Positions 10,007 through 20,176 are shown, numbered from the stretch's first letter. The stretch is DNA of 64,000 nt from an uncultured Verrucomicrobiae bacterium (GCA_963756875.1 CAVWPA010000001.1:256001-320000); one strand, 5' to 3'. Notes: generated by a model from the sequence alone, not told the origin. Made by a program: numbers and translations.

Positions 10007-13000
10007 CTACGGGTAGGTCGCTTTGTAGAACAGTTTCGTTGGGCCAACCGCCCCCGTGTCTATAAACTGCCAATTGCCGAACGGATCGGAAGTGGTCAGA
10101 CCAATCATCCCGAAAGTGCCGGCCGTCAGATCGGGCGACGAGAGAATGCTGAAGTTTGCATTCACTACTCCTCTGCCTTCCAACTGAACGCTGCCATCGG
10201 ACAATCGCTGAATCGATGTGATGCTGAGACCGAAGCTGCCGAATTCAAAAGCGCCAATGTCAGTCATTCCGATTCGGGGATAACCGCGCTGGTCGCCGGG
10301 CGCGCCTGTTTGACCGGTGTTGATTGCGGGACTTCCCGCGAGTAATGCAAACGTTTGCGTCGGTCCTCCATTGAACGCGAGCGGGCCGAGCATTGGATCG
10401 GTGTTAATCATGTCGCCGGGCGCGGTGAGAAAACCGCCGCCGTTATCGCTGCTCAGATTGTAGCCGCCCGACACGGGCGCGCCGGAGAAGGTGTGGAGGT
10501 TGGCGTTGGTATTGTTGAAAATGTCATTATCGATGAAAATGCCTTGGCCGTAAAATGTGCTGATTCCGCCGCCGTGATTACTCGCGGTATTACCACTGAG
10601 AGTTGAACTCTCGAGGATAAGTTGGGGGGAGATGGGCGAGGAGGCGTTAGTGCCGGTAAAGACTGCGCCTCCGTTCACTGCGTTGTTCCCGCTGAACGTG
10701 CAATTGATGATGATCGCTGCAGCGGAATTTACACAAACACCGCCTCCCGCGCCGCCGCTCGCATTGTTTCCGCTAAACGTGCAATTGAAAATCTGCGACG
10801 GCTCGGCCGTGCTGCGCTCGCTGATGAGAATTCCGCCGCCGTGGCTGTTCGCCAGATTCCCCGTGATCGCGCAGTATTCAAGATCGACAACGCTTCGATC
10901 GACAAGAATTCCACCGCCAGTGTCTAAGACCATTGAACTGCCAACTTTGCCATTGGCGATGGTTAGGCCGCGAATGCTGACGAACGGACCGTTAGCCGTG
11001 CCGTTGCCGACGGTGAAAATGCGATAGTCGCCGCCGACATTTCGTCGCACCGTCAAAAGATCGGCGCCGGGACCTTGCAGGAAAATCGGCGTGGTCATCG
11101 ACGGTAGCGCGCTGTTTAAATGAATGATGCCGCTGAGAAGCGGATAGAATTTGATAAACTGATCGCCAGCTTGCGCATTCGCCGCATTGATCGCTTCGCG
11201 CAGGGAACAATCGATCGCGTCGCAAGTCCCATCGTTATGATCGTCGAGCGTGTTAACGAGCAACACCGCCCCAAATTCGAACGCGCCGATGTCCGCACCG
11301 TCGCCGCCGGATGCGTTTGGAATTTGCGGGTGGTCGTTAGGCCGCGGCTGCGACCTTTGATCGACAGTCAACCCGAACGAATTGCCGGCATCGATGGCCG
11401 GACTGCCAGTGAGTAAAGCCATCGTATCCGTCTTGCCACCGTTATCCTGGAGCGCTCCGAGATTGGGATTGATCGGGTTAGCGATTGTTCCTTTGAGATC
11501 ACTCATCGAATTGAAACCGCTGCCGAAATCGACCTTCCCGATAAAGTTGTAGCCTTGCGAAGAAAAGTTGCCGGACACATCTGGAACAGCGCTGCCGATA
11601 TTAGTGGCAACGATCGTGTTCGCGATAATTGCCGTGCCTGCAATCCGCTTGAATCCGCCGGTACTAGAACCGGGTGCGCCATTGTTAGGCAATGAACTCC
11701 CCGTTCCGCCGCTGCCGCCTGTTCCCGTATTGCCCGCGATCGTGCAGCCGGTCATGGCGAGCGAGCCATTGGTGAAGAGCCCACCGGCGTCACCGGTGCC
11801 GCCGGTGCCACCGATCCCTCCCGGATTGTTGCCCCCCGCGCCACCGGCCGCGGTGTTGTTCGCGATGGTGCAATTCGTCAGCGTCAAGGTGGCGCCGGAT
11901 TCGTTAAACACGCCGCCGCCTTCGGCCGCTCCACCATTGCCCGCCGCTGAAGTCGAACTGGGATTACGCGAACGATGGCGTTGCGCGAAAAATGAACTGC
12001 TATTTGCACCATGACCGCCGATCGCCTGGTTTCCGGCGATCGTGCAGCGATTCAACGTAAGCACGCCGCCCGTGGCGTTGTAAACGCCGGCGCCTTGAGC
12101 CGCACCGCCATTGGCCCCGCCAGTCGCTTGATCGTTTAAAAACATGCAGTCATGCACGGTGAGTGTGCCGCTGTTGAAAAGACCGGCGCCAACAGCCGAC
12201 CCTCCTGTTCCAGCATTGACGGCACCGTCGCGAATCGTCACGCCTAAGAGAAAATTAGGACTTCCGCTGAAGCTGAACACGCGCGTTTGGCCTGCGCCGC
12301 TTATGATTGTCGATCTTGCACCAAAGCCGGCGAGCGTGAGCGGATCGGTCACATTGAGAGGACCAAGCGCGGGATTCAAATCAATCGTGCCGCCAACCAG
12401 AAACAGAATCGTGTTCGCGCCGGAGATGAAGTTGGCGCGGTTGATCGCTTCGCGCAGGCTGCAATCGACGACCCCGCAAAGTCCGTCATCCGCGTCGCCG
12501 GTGGTTGTAACATTGAACTGCGGCGAACCGCTTTGGAGCACATCGGGCGCTCCTTCATACGCACCGACATCGGTGCCGTCGGTGCCCGGACCGTTGTTGA
12601 AATACGGATGATCGTAGACGCGTTGCTGTCCGCGCTGGTCGGTCGCCGCGCCGGACAAATTTTTCCCGTGATCGACGGCCGGCCCTTGCACCAAGGCGAC
12701 GGTTTGAGTCGGCCCGCCGTTATCCTTCAAGCCTGCCGGATCGAGCATCGGATCGGTAAAGAGCTGATCGGTCGGAGCAGGCCCAAAATTACTGTAGCCG
12801 TTATCAGTAAAAATATTGAAACCAGCGGACGTAACGCCCGAACTTAACGAAGAAGAGGCCAGATCGGGCGCCTTGATAATGCTGCTCCCGATCGTTGCGT
12901 TGGACGCGGCTATGGTTGAGCCAGGCTCCAGCCCGCCGAACCCAGCATCGCTGTCGTTGCCACTAAATGTGCAGTTCCGGATTGTCGTTGGACCGACAGA

Positions 13001-13861
13001 GGAAATTGCTCCGCCCTCGCCGGCTACACTAGAGCAACCATTATTTGAAGTTTGATAACCCAAGGCCCGGTTATTCACGAACGTGCTGTTGTCCACTACC
13101 AGGTCATTGCCGTCGTGATAAATTGCGCCTCCGAGCGCAGCAGAGTTACCGCTGAAAGTGCATGCACTGACGTAGAGAGATGCGGATGCAGAAACGTTGT
13201 CTTTATGATTGTTGATCGCACCGCCGACCTCAGGATCCTCGTTCGACGCATCAATACAGCCAAAGGGCAAGGAATCACCCGTGAACGTGCAGTTTGTCAC
13301 CGTCGTCGTGGCAGACGCTACGTAGCTGCCATAATCCTGAGCATACTGCTCGATCGCCCCTTTCGCGTTACCGCTAAGGGTACAGCCAATCGCCGTTAGG
13401 GTGACGCCGGAATTACCTTGTGCGTAATTAGAGATACCCATCCCGCTATTCTGGAACACACAATTCTGCACCGTCAGGTTGCCGCCATTGCTTATGCCCA
13501 GTCCTCCACTGGAAATGGTGACCCCGGAAATATTGACGGTGTATTTCGGATTGCCGATCAGGAGTGGCCCGATCCTGAAAACGAGCTGATTGGCATTCTG
13601 GGCAAAGGCAAGACTGGCCGCGCCCGGGCCGCTGATCGTCAGATCCTTGTCAATGAGCATTTGACCACTAGTCACCGTGATCGTGCCCGTGACGGAGAAA
13701 TTGATCGTGTCGCCAGATGCGGCCGCGGCGATCGTGTCGCGTAACGATCCCGCGCCGCTGTCATTCAGATTTGTGACGGTGAGGGTCGTGGCCGGGGCGC
13801 TCGAAGCGAGGGCGATTGCCCCCGCAATGGCGACCAGCCGGTGTCGGGTAGAAACGGTCAC
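10007..13861 (-). CDS. Large secreted beta-helix protein with two CSLREA motifs and three choice-of-anchor-Q-like modules
   Basis: Signal peptide; GSLRD, CSLREAIN x2; NGGPT/KT..AL...DQR...D(I/V)GA(Y/F)E x3; GGxI/CTFSGN beta-helix repeats; C-terminal FY tail. Confidence 0.88.
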   Translation of the reverse strand: MTVSTRHRLVAIAGAIALASSAPATTLTVTNLNDSGAGSLRDTIAAAASGDTINFSVTGTITVTSGQMLIDKDLTISGPGAASLAFAQNANQLVFRIGPLLIGNPKYTVNISGVTISSGGLGISNGGNLTVQNCVFQNSGMGISNYAQGNSGVTLTAIGCTLSGNAKGAIEQYAQDYGSYVASATTTVTNCTFTGDSLPFGCIDASNEDPEVGGAINNHKDNVSASASLYVSACTFSGNSAALGGAIYHDGNDLVVDNSTFVNNRALGYQTSNNGCSSVAGEGGAISSVGPTTIRNCTFSGNDSDAGFGGLEPGSTIAASNATIGSSIIKAPDLASSSLSSGVTSAGFNIFTDNGYSNFGPAPTDQLFTDPMLDPAGLKDNGGPTQTVALVQGPAVDHGKNLSGAATDQRGQQRVYDHPYFNNGPGTDGTDVGAYEGAPDVLQSGSPQFNVTTTGDADDGLCGVVDCSLREAINRANFISGANTILFLVGGTIDLNPALGPLNVTDPLTLAGFGARSTIISGAGQTRVFSFSGSPNFLLGVTIRDGAVNAGTGGSAVGAGLFNSGTLTVHDCMFLNDQATGGANGGAAQGAGVYNATGGVLTLNRCTIAGNQAIGGHGANSSSFFAQRHRSRNPSSTSAAGNGGAAEGGGVFNESGATLTLTNCTIANNTAAGGAGGNNPGGIGGTGGTGDAGGLFTNGSLAMTGCTIAGNTGTGGSGGTGSSLPNNGAPGSSTGGFKRIAGTAIIANTIVATNIGSAVPDVSGNFSSQGYNFIGKVDFGSGFNSMSDLKGTIANPINPNLGALQDNGGKTDTMALLTGSPAIDAGNSFGLTVDQRSQPRPNDHPQIPNASGGDGADIGAFEFGAVLLVNTLDDHNDGTCDAIDCSLREAINAANAQAGDQFIKFYPLLSGIIHLNSALPSMTTPIFLQGPGADLLTVRRNVGGDYRIFTVGNGTANGPFVSIRGLTIANGKVGSSMVLDTGGGILVDRSVVDLEYCAITGNLANSHGGGILISERSTAEPSQIFNCTFSGNNASGGAGGGVCVNSAAAIIINCTFSGNNAVNGGAVFTGTNASSPISPQLILESSTLSGNTASNHGGGISTFYGQGIFIDNDIFNNTNANLHTFSGAPVSGGYNLSSDNGGGFLTAPGDMINTDPMLGPLAFNGGPTQTFALLAGSPAINTGQTGAPGDQRGYPRIGMTDIGAFEFGSFGLSITSIQRLSDGSVQLEGRGVVNANFSILSSPDLTAGTFGMIGLTTSDPFGNWQFIDTGAVGPTKLFYKATYP

Positions 13862-13875
13862 AATTAAGAGGCCTT

Positions 13876-13904
13876 ACCTTACCAATAACGCAGTTTGCGG
13901 ACAA
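13876..13904 (-). promoter_or_regulatory. Putative sigma70 promoter of the CSLREA gene
   Basis: TTGTCC-17 nt-TAAGGT on the minus strand, 14 nt before the GTG start. Confidence 0.45.
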
Positions 13905-13936
13905 GCTTTTTGCCGTGAACTCGTCCATATCTTCCC

Positions 13937-13980
13937 ACGATCGTGGCCTAAGGGTGGGTCACGAAACTGATCAGGCTCTT
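13937..13980 (-). pseudogene. Displaced rfbB 3'-end remnant A, proximal part
   Basis: KSLISFVTH(x)LGHDR, versus RfbB EKLISFVEDRLGHDR. Confidence 0.8.
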
Positions 13981-14006
13981 GACCGGCGTGGTCGCGGCGT
14001 TGGCTG

Positions 14007-14146
14007 TCTGGGGGAGTACGCCGCCCGTCCCGGGTGTTGGAAAATGCCGGTACGACTCGGACCGTCTCGCCGAAACGATCTTTATTCTGTGAACACTTGC
14101 GAAACCGAGACGGTTTCGCCAACGCTCGAGACGAGCGTGCTCCCCG
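14007..14146. repeat. ~140-bp palindromic element, GGGAGC(A/G)CACGCG family
   Basis: GGGGAGTACGC...GCGTGCTCCCC termini; related copies at about 26266, 43924, 50715 and 54581. Confidence 0.8.
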
Positions 14147-14150
14147 ATCC

Positions 14151-15141
14151 TTAGGTACCGCCCGGCGCGCTCGAGCAGTGGCTGCCACCAATCCGGGTGG
14201 TCCATGTACCACTCGATCGTTTCGGACAGGCCGTGCTCGAAATTCCGGTGCGGTTTCCATTTCAATTCGCGCTGCGCAAATGAGGAATCGATTGCGTACC
14301 GGCGATCATGCCCAAGCCGATCTTCCACGAACGAGATCAGTTTCTCGGGTTTGCCGAGTTTTTTCAGGATCATTTTCACCAGATCGAGATTCGTCAACTC
14401 GTTGCCGCCGCCGAAATTGTAAATCGCTCCCGGTTTTCCCTCGAAAAGCGCATCCACGATTCCTGCGCAGTGGTCCTCCACGTGGATCCAGTCCCGGACA
14501 TTCATCCCGTCGCCATAAACCGGCAACGGCTCGTCGCGCAGCGCCTTGATGATCATGAGCGGAATCAATTTCTCGGGAAATTGGTACGGCCCGTAATTGT
14601 TCGAGCAGCGCGTGATGACGACTTCCTGGGCGTAGGTTTTGTGGCAGGCGAGCGCCAGGAGATCGGCGCCGGCTTTGCTGGCGGAGTAGGGCGAGCTCGG
14701 GTCGAGTGGGCTTTGTTCGTTGAATTTCCCCGTTGCGCCTAACGACCCGTAAACCTCGTCCGTGGAAATTTGAATGAAGCGCTGAACGCCATGTCTTCGT
14801 GCGGCATTCAGGAGGACGCTGGTGCCGATGACGTTGGTATGGATGAAATTCTCCGGCGAATTGATGCTGCGATCGACATGCGATTCGGCCGCAAAATTGA
14901 TCGCGGCAAAAAACTGGTGCTCGACCATCAGCTCGTCGATTTGATCTACATTAGCGATGTCAGCTTTGAAAAATTCGTAGCGTTCGCCATGTTCTTCGAC
15001 CACACCATCGAGATTGGCCAGGTTGCCGGCGTAGGTAAGAATGTCGACGTTGGTGACCAAGGCCGGCTTGTAATGTTGCAGAATGTAGCGAATAAAATTG
15101 CTCCCGATGAATCCGCAGCCACCGGTCACGAGAATGCGCAC
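14151..15141 (-). CDS. rfbB: dTDP-glucose 4,6-dehydratase (stop shifted by 1 nt, so the ORF call reads on to 13948)
   Basis: ILVTGGCGFIGSNF, AAESHVDRS, STDEVYG, YSASK, CSNNYGP, LGHDRRY. Confidence 0.95.
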
Positions 15142-16765
15142 AGCGCGTACTAGCAGCGGCGGCGCAGGCGCGCTAGCGGATTTTCCCGCGCTGCGCGACC
15201 TCCTCGAAACGTGGAGGGCCGGCTTCGCCAAAACCGGCTGGACGCCGTGGCTTATCCTCGGGCTGGCGCTCTTTCTTCGTTTCTTTCTGCTCGACATCAA
15301 ACCGCTCCATTTCGACGAGGGGATCAATGGGTGGTTCGTCGATCAAATGGTCAAAAACGGGTTCTACAAATACGACCCGACCAATTACCACGGCCCGCTT
15401 CATTTCTACGTGCTCCTTATCTCGCAAACATTGTTCGGACGACACGTCTGGGCGCTGCGGCTCCCTGTGGTCCTGGTCAGCACCGGAGCCGTTTGGCTGA
15501 CAATGAAATTCGAGCCGCTCGTTGGAAGAACCGCGAGCCGGATGGCCGCACTGGCCATGGCCGTGTCGCCGGGATTCGTGTTTTACGGGCGCTATTCGAT
15601 CCACGAGGTCTGGTTGCTTCTTTTTTCGATGATGTTCATTCTCGGGCTGCTCGGCCTCTGGAAATTCGGCACGCGAGGTTATCTCTGGTACGCGGGAATG
15701 GGGTTGAGCGGGATGATTTTGTCGAAGGAGACCTATGTCATCCATGTGGGATGTGCTGCCGTCGCTGTCGGCGTTTGCTACATTTCGAACTGGTTGAAAC
15801 CGGCCGCGGACGCGCGTCCGGCGAAACAAACATGGGACTACGTCGATCTGGCAATCGTGATTGCGACGGGAATTGCGCTGATCGTGTTTTTCTACTCAGG
15901 CACGTTTTTCCACTGGAGCGGGGTAAAGGGAATCTTCAAGGCATACGCCGCGTGGTTCGAAACCGGCAAGGAAGGTCATGGGCACGAAAAGCCATGGTAC
16001 TACTGGCTGACGCTGATGGCGCCCTCATTTCATTTCAATCGGGCGGATTGCCTTGGTTACGAATTGCCCGCCCTGGCCGGCTTGGTCCTCTGCGCGTTTT
16101 GCCAGTTCTTCAAGAACCTGAGCCTGCGGTACCTCGCTATCTATGGAGTGGGGACGCTGATGGTTTATAGCTACATCAACTACAAGACGCCATGGTGCAT
16201 CATCAGCATCGTCTGGCCGTTTCTGATTATCTTTGGCGTGGCATCTCTGATTACACCGGCGGCCTATAAAAAAATCGTGCAGGGCGTGTGCGCGGCTATG
16301 TTGACCATCTCGCTCGTATCGACCATCTGGCTCAATTATTTTCATTGTACGACCGACACGGAGCCGTACGTGTATGTCCAAACGTATAACGACATCTACC
16401 GGCTAACCCGGCCCGTGCTGGCGCTCGCGCATCGCGATCCCATCTTTTATGAGCTGACCGGTTACATCATCCGCGCCAGTCCTTATCCGCTTCCATGGAT
16501 TCTCGACGATTTTCCTCGTGTCGGCTATTACGAGCACGAAAATCTCCCGCCTGATCTGGATGCGGATTTTCTGCTCGTGCAGGAAGACAAAATCAAGGAG
16601 GTCGAAGCCAAGCTGCACAGCTCCTATTACACCGAGCCGCTGCGCCTTCGAGCGTACCAGGATACGTCCAAACTTTATCTCAGCGCCCGGATCTTCAAAG
16701 GCTTCTTCCCGGGACGCGTGCCTGACTTTACCGGTCACGCAAAGGGCGGCCCGCATTCTCAATGA
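15098..16765 (+). CDS. GT-C fold membrane glycosyltransferase (GT39/TIGR03663 Agl23-like); true start probably near 15211
   Basis: LHFDEG...YKYDPTNYHGP, SPGFVFYGRYSIHE, SKETY, YKTPW; multiple TM segments. Confidence 0.75.
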   Translation: MLPMNPQPPVTRMRTARTSSGGAGALADFPALRDLLETWRAGFAKTGWTPWLILGLALFLRFFLLDIKPLHFDEGINGWFVDQMVKNGFYKYDPTNYHGPLHFYVLLISQTLFGRHVWALRLPVVLVSTGAVWLTMKFEPLVGRTASRMAALAMAVSPGFVFYGRYSIHEVWLLLFSMMFILGLLGLWKFGTRGYLWYAGMGLSGMILSKETYVIHVGCAAVAVGVCYISNWLKPAADARPAKQTWDYVDLAIVIATGIALIVFFYSGTFFHWSGVKGIFKAYAAWFETGKEGHGHEKPWYYWLTLMAPSFHFNRADCLGYELPALAGLVLCAFCQFFKNLSLRYLAIYGVGTLMVYSYINYKTPWCIISIVWPFLIIFGVASLITPAAYKKIVQGVCAAMLTISLVSTIWLNYFHCTTDTEPYVYVQTYNDIYRLTRPVLALAHRDPIFYELTGYIIRASPYPLPWILDDFPRVGYYEHENLPPDLDADFLLVQEDKIKEVEAKLHSSYYTEPLRLRAYQDTSKLYLSARIFKGFFPGRVPDFTGHAKGGPHSQ

Positions 16766-18687
16766 AGTGGCTTTGTGCCGGACTGACGTTCGTCAATTTC
16801 GCAACCATTGGCGGCCTCATCCTTGGGATCGTCGGTCGCGGACTGGAGGAATTTAGCGCTTTAACTGCTCTTTTTTTTGGCGCTTTCGCTTCTGTTCTGG
16901 CCTACCTCTGGACTTCCGATCCAAAGCCGAAGTCAGGCTCTCCGGATTCGCGACAGTCGGAAGAGGCTGAGCGCTTGAAAGCCTCGCCGCGCTTCTGGCA
17001 ACGTGCTGCCGGATCGCTTTTGGCGGCCTTCACGTCAAAAAGATATCGTCATCTTTGGAAGTGGCTGGTTGCGGCCTGTTTCGCCCTTTTCGCCCTGCGC
17101 TCATTTCTCTGGCTGGTTTACATCGATGGCGACCAATTAAGAATCCAATCGCCAAATAATCTCGGCGATCTTGCGTTGCACATCACTTTTATCAAAAACT
17201 TTGCAAACGGCGTCCCGCTTTGGCCGGACAATCCGATTTTTGTCGGCAGTAAGCTGAGATACCCGGCGGGCACCGATTTGTTTAACGCGCTGCTCTGTCT
17301 GGTTCACGTCGATCTGATTCGCGGCCTTGTGTGGGCGGGTCTGCTTGGCTGCCTCGCGACTTTCTACGCCTTCTATCGCTGGGGCGGCACTTTCGGTGTC
17401 GCCGGATTTCTCTTCAATGGAGGTGTCGCCGGTTATGAATTCCTGCGGACCTGGCAATTCCGCGATTACCAGGGAGTAAGCAACATCGCCTGGAAAAGCA
17501 TTCCACTCTCCATGTTCCTGACGCAGCGCGGTTTCCTGTACGCCATTCCAGCCGGGCTTCTCTTGCTTTGGCACTGGCGGGAAATGTACCGCGGGACCGC
17601 CGCCTCGGAGCCCGCGAAGAAAGCCGGCGAAAGCAGTTCGGAAATCGTCCGTCCCTGGATCCGCGGACCGCTCCCATTTTGGGTGGAGCTTTCTCTGTAC
17701 GCGTCCATGCCTCTTTTTCATGTGCACACATTTCTGGCGCTGAGCGGCGTGTTGGTTTTTCTATTCATCTTGGGGAATGGCCCGCTGCGCTGGCGCGTCG
17801 CGTTTCTGATCGCCAGCGCCCTGGTGCCCGCCAGTCTTCTTGTCTGGCTGATCACGGACCATTTTCACGCCGGCTCAATACTCTCGTGGCATCCGGGATG
17901 GGTTCAGAACGAAGGCGATTTCGCCGCCCCGTTTTTCCAATTCTGGCTGAACAACTTCGGCCTCTGGGTCCCGCTGATCCTTCTCCTGTTCGGTTGGTGC
18001 GCCTGGCGCGCCTGGGAATCCGGTTGGCGCTGGGGCAAAAGACTTCCGGAAGATCTCGCGTTCCTGCTGCCGGCCGCGGCGATCTTTGTTTTCGCCTTCT
18101 TTGTCAAAACTGCCCCGTGGGGTTGGGACAATCTCAAGCTGATGATTTGGTCCTACTTTCTCGTGCTGCCTTTTTTATGGAGCCGCCTGATTGCGCATTG
18201 GTCGCTGCCGGTTCGCGCAGCCGCCTGTGTCGCTCTCTTTGGCTCGGGGTTTGTGACTTTGTTTGGCGGTCTGGCGGCTGGCCGCCCCGGATTTGGGCTG
18301 ATCGACCGCGCTGAGCTCGATGGAGTTGGTCACGCCATTCGCAATTTGTCTGTGGAAGCCAGGTTTGCCACTTATCCCACTTACAATCATCCACTGTTGC
18401 TTCAGGGCCGGGATGTTGTCCTTGGATATCCGGGCCATCTCTGGACAGAGGGATTTGAATACGGCGAGACGTTCCAACAGTTAAACCAGCTGATGCAGGG
18501 AGCGGAAAATTGGCGTGAGATCGCCCGCCGCTTGCACGTTCGCTATATTTTTTGGGGGCCGGAGGAAGTAATGAATTACTCGGAGAGCAAACGGCCGTGG
18601 GAAAGAACGGCGTTGCTGGTCACGTCCGGTAGTTGGGGAGCAATCTACGACGCTCAAAAAAGGAGTTCATCGCCGATCGTTCACTGA
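16762..18687 (+). CDS. Polytopic membrane protein, possibly GT-C-like
   Basis: Many TM segments; NLGDLALH...NPIF...LRYP loop; ATGA overlap with the upstream gene. Confidence 0.65.
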   Translation: MKWLCAGLTFVNFATIGGLILGIVGRGLEEFSALTALFFGAFASVLAYLWTSDPKPKSGSPDSRQSEEAERLKASPRFWQRAAGSLLAAFTSKRYRHLWKWLVAACFALFALRSFLWLVYIDGDQLRIQSPNNLGDLALHITFIKNFANGVPLWPDNPIFVGSKLRYPAGTDLFNALLCLVHVDLIRGLVWAGLLGCLATFYAFYRWGGTFGVAGFLFNGGVAGYEFLRTWQFRDYQGVSNIAWKSIPLSMFLTQRGFLYAIPAGLLLLWHWREMYRGTAASEPAKKAGESSSEIVRPWIRGPLPFWVELSLYASMPLFHVHTFLALSGVLVFLFILGNGPLRWRVAFLIASALVPASLLVWLITDHFHAGSILSWHPGWVQNEGDFAAPFFQFWLNNFGLWVPLILLLFGWCAWRAWESGWRWGKRLPEDLAFLLPAAAIFVFAFFVKTAPWGWDNLKLMIWSYFLVLPFLWSRLIAHWSLPVRAAACVALFGSGFVTLFGGLAAGRPGFGLIDRAELDGVGHAIRNLSVEARFATYPTYNHPLLLQGRDVVLGYPGHLWTEGFEYGETFQQLNQLMQGAENWREIARRLHVRYIFWGPEEVMNYSESKRPWERTALLVTSGSWGAIYDAQKRSSSPIVH

Positions 18688-18694
18688 TCCGTCT

Positions 18695-19177
18695 TTAACT
18701 GCTGCCATTGACAAAGTAGGCGAACTTCCAACTGCCGTTCACACGAGTGATGCCCGCACGATAGGCATCGTAGTTCAGTGACGGATCGGCAAACTGCGGC
18801 GGCGCCACCATGTATCCCTTATACTTGACGAATTTTTCGCTCAAAATGCCGTCGACCTCGGGCCAAAGATCTTGATCGTCCCAGTATTGGAACACGCCAG
18901 GGCCGGAGGCGTTCGGTCCGATACCTTGCATCGCCGGACCCAGCTTGTAGCCGAAATTATCGGTCATCATCGATTTGAGTGTCTCTTTATCGCGCGCTGC
19001 CACGGCCTTGCGCAGACGCCCGAGGAACGCGTAGAAGTCCACGTCGCTGCTCTCGCGCAGGTTAACCTTGGCCTTTTTATTCAGTTCGGCCTGCTTCAGT
19101 TTTTCCTTTTTCGACAGGGTATTGCAGCCGCTCAACGCCACGGCGAACAACAGCATGATCGAAGCGATTGTCTTCAT
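18695..19177 (-). CDS. Hypothetical lipoprotein
   Basis: MKTIASIMLLFAVALSG-C lipobox; TTGACA promoter element upstream. Confidence 0.75.
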   Translation of the reverse strand: MKTIASIMLLFAVALSGCNTLSKKEKLKQAELNKKAKVNLRESSDVDFYAFLGRLRKAVAARDKETLKSMMTDNFGYKLGPAMQGIGPNASGPGVFQYWDDQDLWPEVDGILSEKFVKYKGYMVAPPQFADPSLNYDAYRAGITRVNGSWKFAYFVNGSS

Positions 19178-19330
19178 CGAGTTAAGAGACTGTTGAAATA
19201 CTGGAGTGGGGCGCGTTGCTGTCAATATCTACGCGCGACTTGCTCCGGTATTTGATCAGTCTCTTGAACGTCTGTCATGTTTATCGTTAGAATTCAAGTC
19301 TGCCAGCTGTGGTCTCGTCGCAAGGCGAGA

Positions 19331-20176
19331 TCAAGCGTGCGGCCGCAACGGTTGCGATCTGCCGCTGCTTTGAACTGTAGTGGCAGGCGTGCCGCCTGCG
19401 GGATCAGGTATTTCATCCGTGCAGTCGCAGCCGGCACGGCTGCCGCCACAGGATCGATGGCGCAGCCGCCGAACCGGGTGCGCCAGGAAAATCCAATAAA
19501 TCGCTCCGGCCAGATCGTTGATGGATGCCGATGGACTTGTTAGGCGCAGTGAACCGGTGCGCAACGTTGCGAAGACGCTCTCAACCGTGAGATCGGCCGG
19601 CCGCGGCAAACTCGTATAATGACGGCCGAAAGCTTCAAGCCGGTGCGCGTCCGAGGTGGCAATCAGCGGCTTTTTGAATTTTCTCGCCACCCGGGCCGCT
19701 CGCCGGTTCGGGTTAAGCAAACCTTTGTGAAAATGGCAGATCTCGATCGCATCAAAGCAGTCGATTTCATCGAAAAGGCGGCGGCCGATCGAGCCGCCAA
19801 GAACGTAAAACGGATGTGGCGCGATGGTAAAAATGGAATCGCCCCGTCGCGCCCGCAGCGCCCTGAGATCGGCAAACGTTTTTAAATCGGCCACTTCATC
19901 CGGGCTCACGTTGAGCACGATGACGTCCGCGCCTTCCAGACGCATTTCCACCGCCGGAATCAGCAAAATTCCCATGGCCGCCGCATCGGCAAAGACTTCC
20001 GGTCGATCGAAGACGGTGTCGTGCAAAGTAATGGCCAGCACGCCGAACCCGAGCGCCTTGGCGCGCTCGAGCAACTGGTGCGCCGAATAATCGATCACGT
20101 CTTTCGGGTCGTCGAGTGTGTGAATGTGCAGATCGATCTTGATCCAACCGCTGTTTTCGACCTTTCTCTCACTCAT
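19331..20176 (-). CDS. PHP domain metal-dependent phosphoesterase (C-terminus runs through a REP)
   Basis: IDLHIH, AITLHD, APHPF, TSDAH. Confidence 0.88.
   Translation of the reverse strand: MSERKVENSGWIKIDLHIHTLDDPKDVIDYSAHQLLERAKALGFGVLAITLHDTVFDRPEVFADAAAMGILLIPAVEMRLEGADVIVLNVSPDEVADLKTFADLRALRARRGDSIFTIAPHPFYVLGGSIGRRLFDEIDCFDAIEICHFHKGLLNPNRRAARVARKFKKPLIATSDAHRLEAFGRHYTSLPRPADLTVESVFATLRTGSLRLTSPSASINDLAGAIYWIFLAHPVRRLRHRSCGGSRAGCDCTDEIPDPAGGTPATTVQSSGRSQPLRPHA
19376..19451. repeat. REP-like doublet, GCAGGCGTGxCGCCTGC family
   Basis: Related copies at 29023-29083 and 49285-49349. Confidence 0.8.

Noticed and set aside
13948..14150. 67-aa C-terminal extension of RfbB in the ORF track
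   Set aside because: A TAA lies 1 nt out of frame after GRY, and both remnant tails end GRY*; the extension reads through a repeat.
9690..14345. Diversity-generating retroelement (TR/VR pair) explaining the rfbB tail copies
   Set aside because: No reverse transcriptase in the window, and the differences are not adenine-specific.
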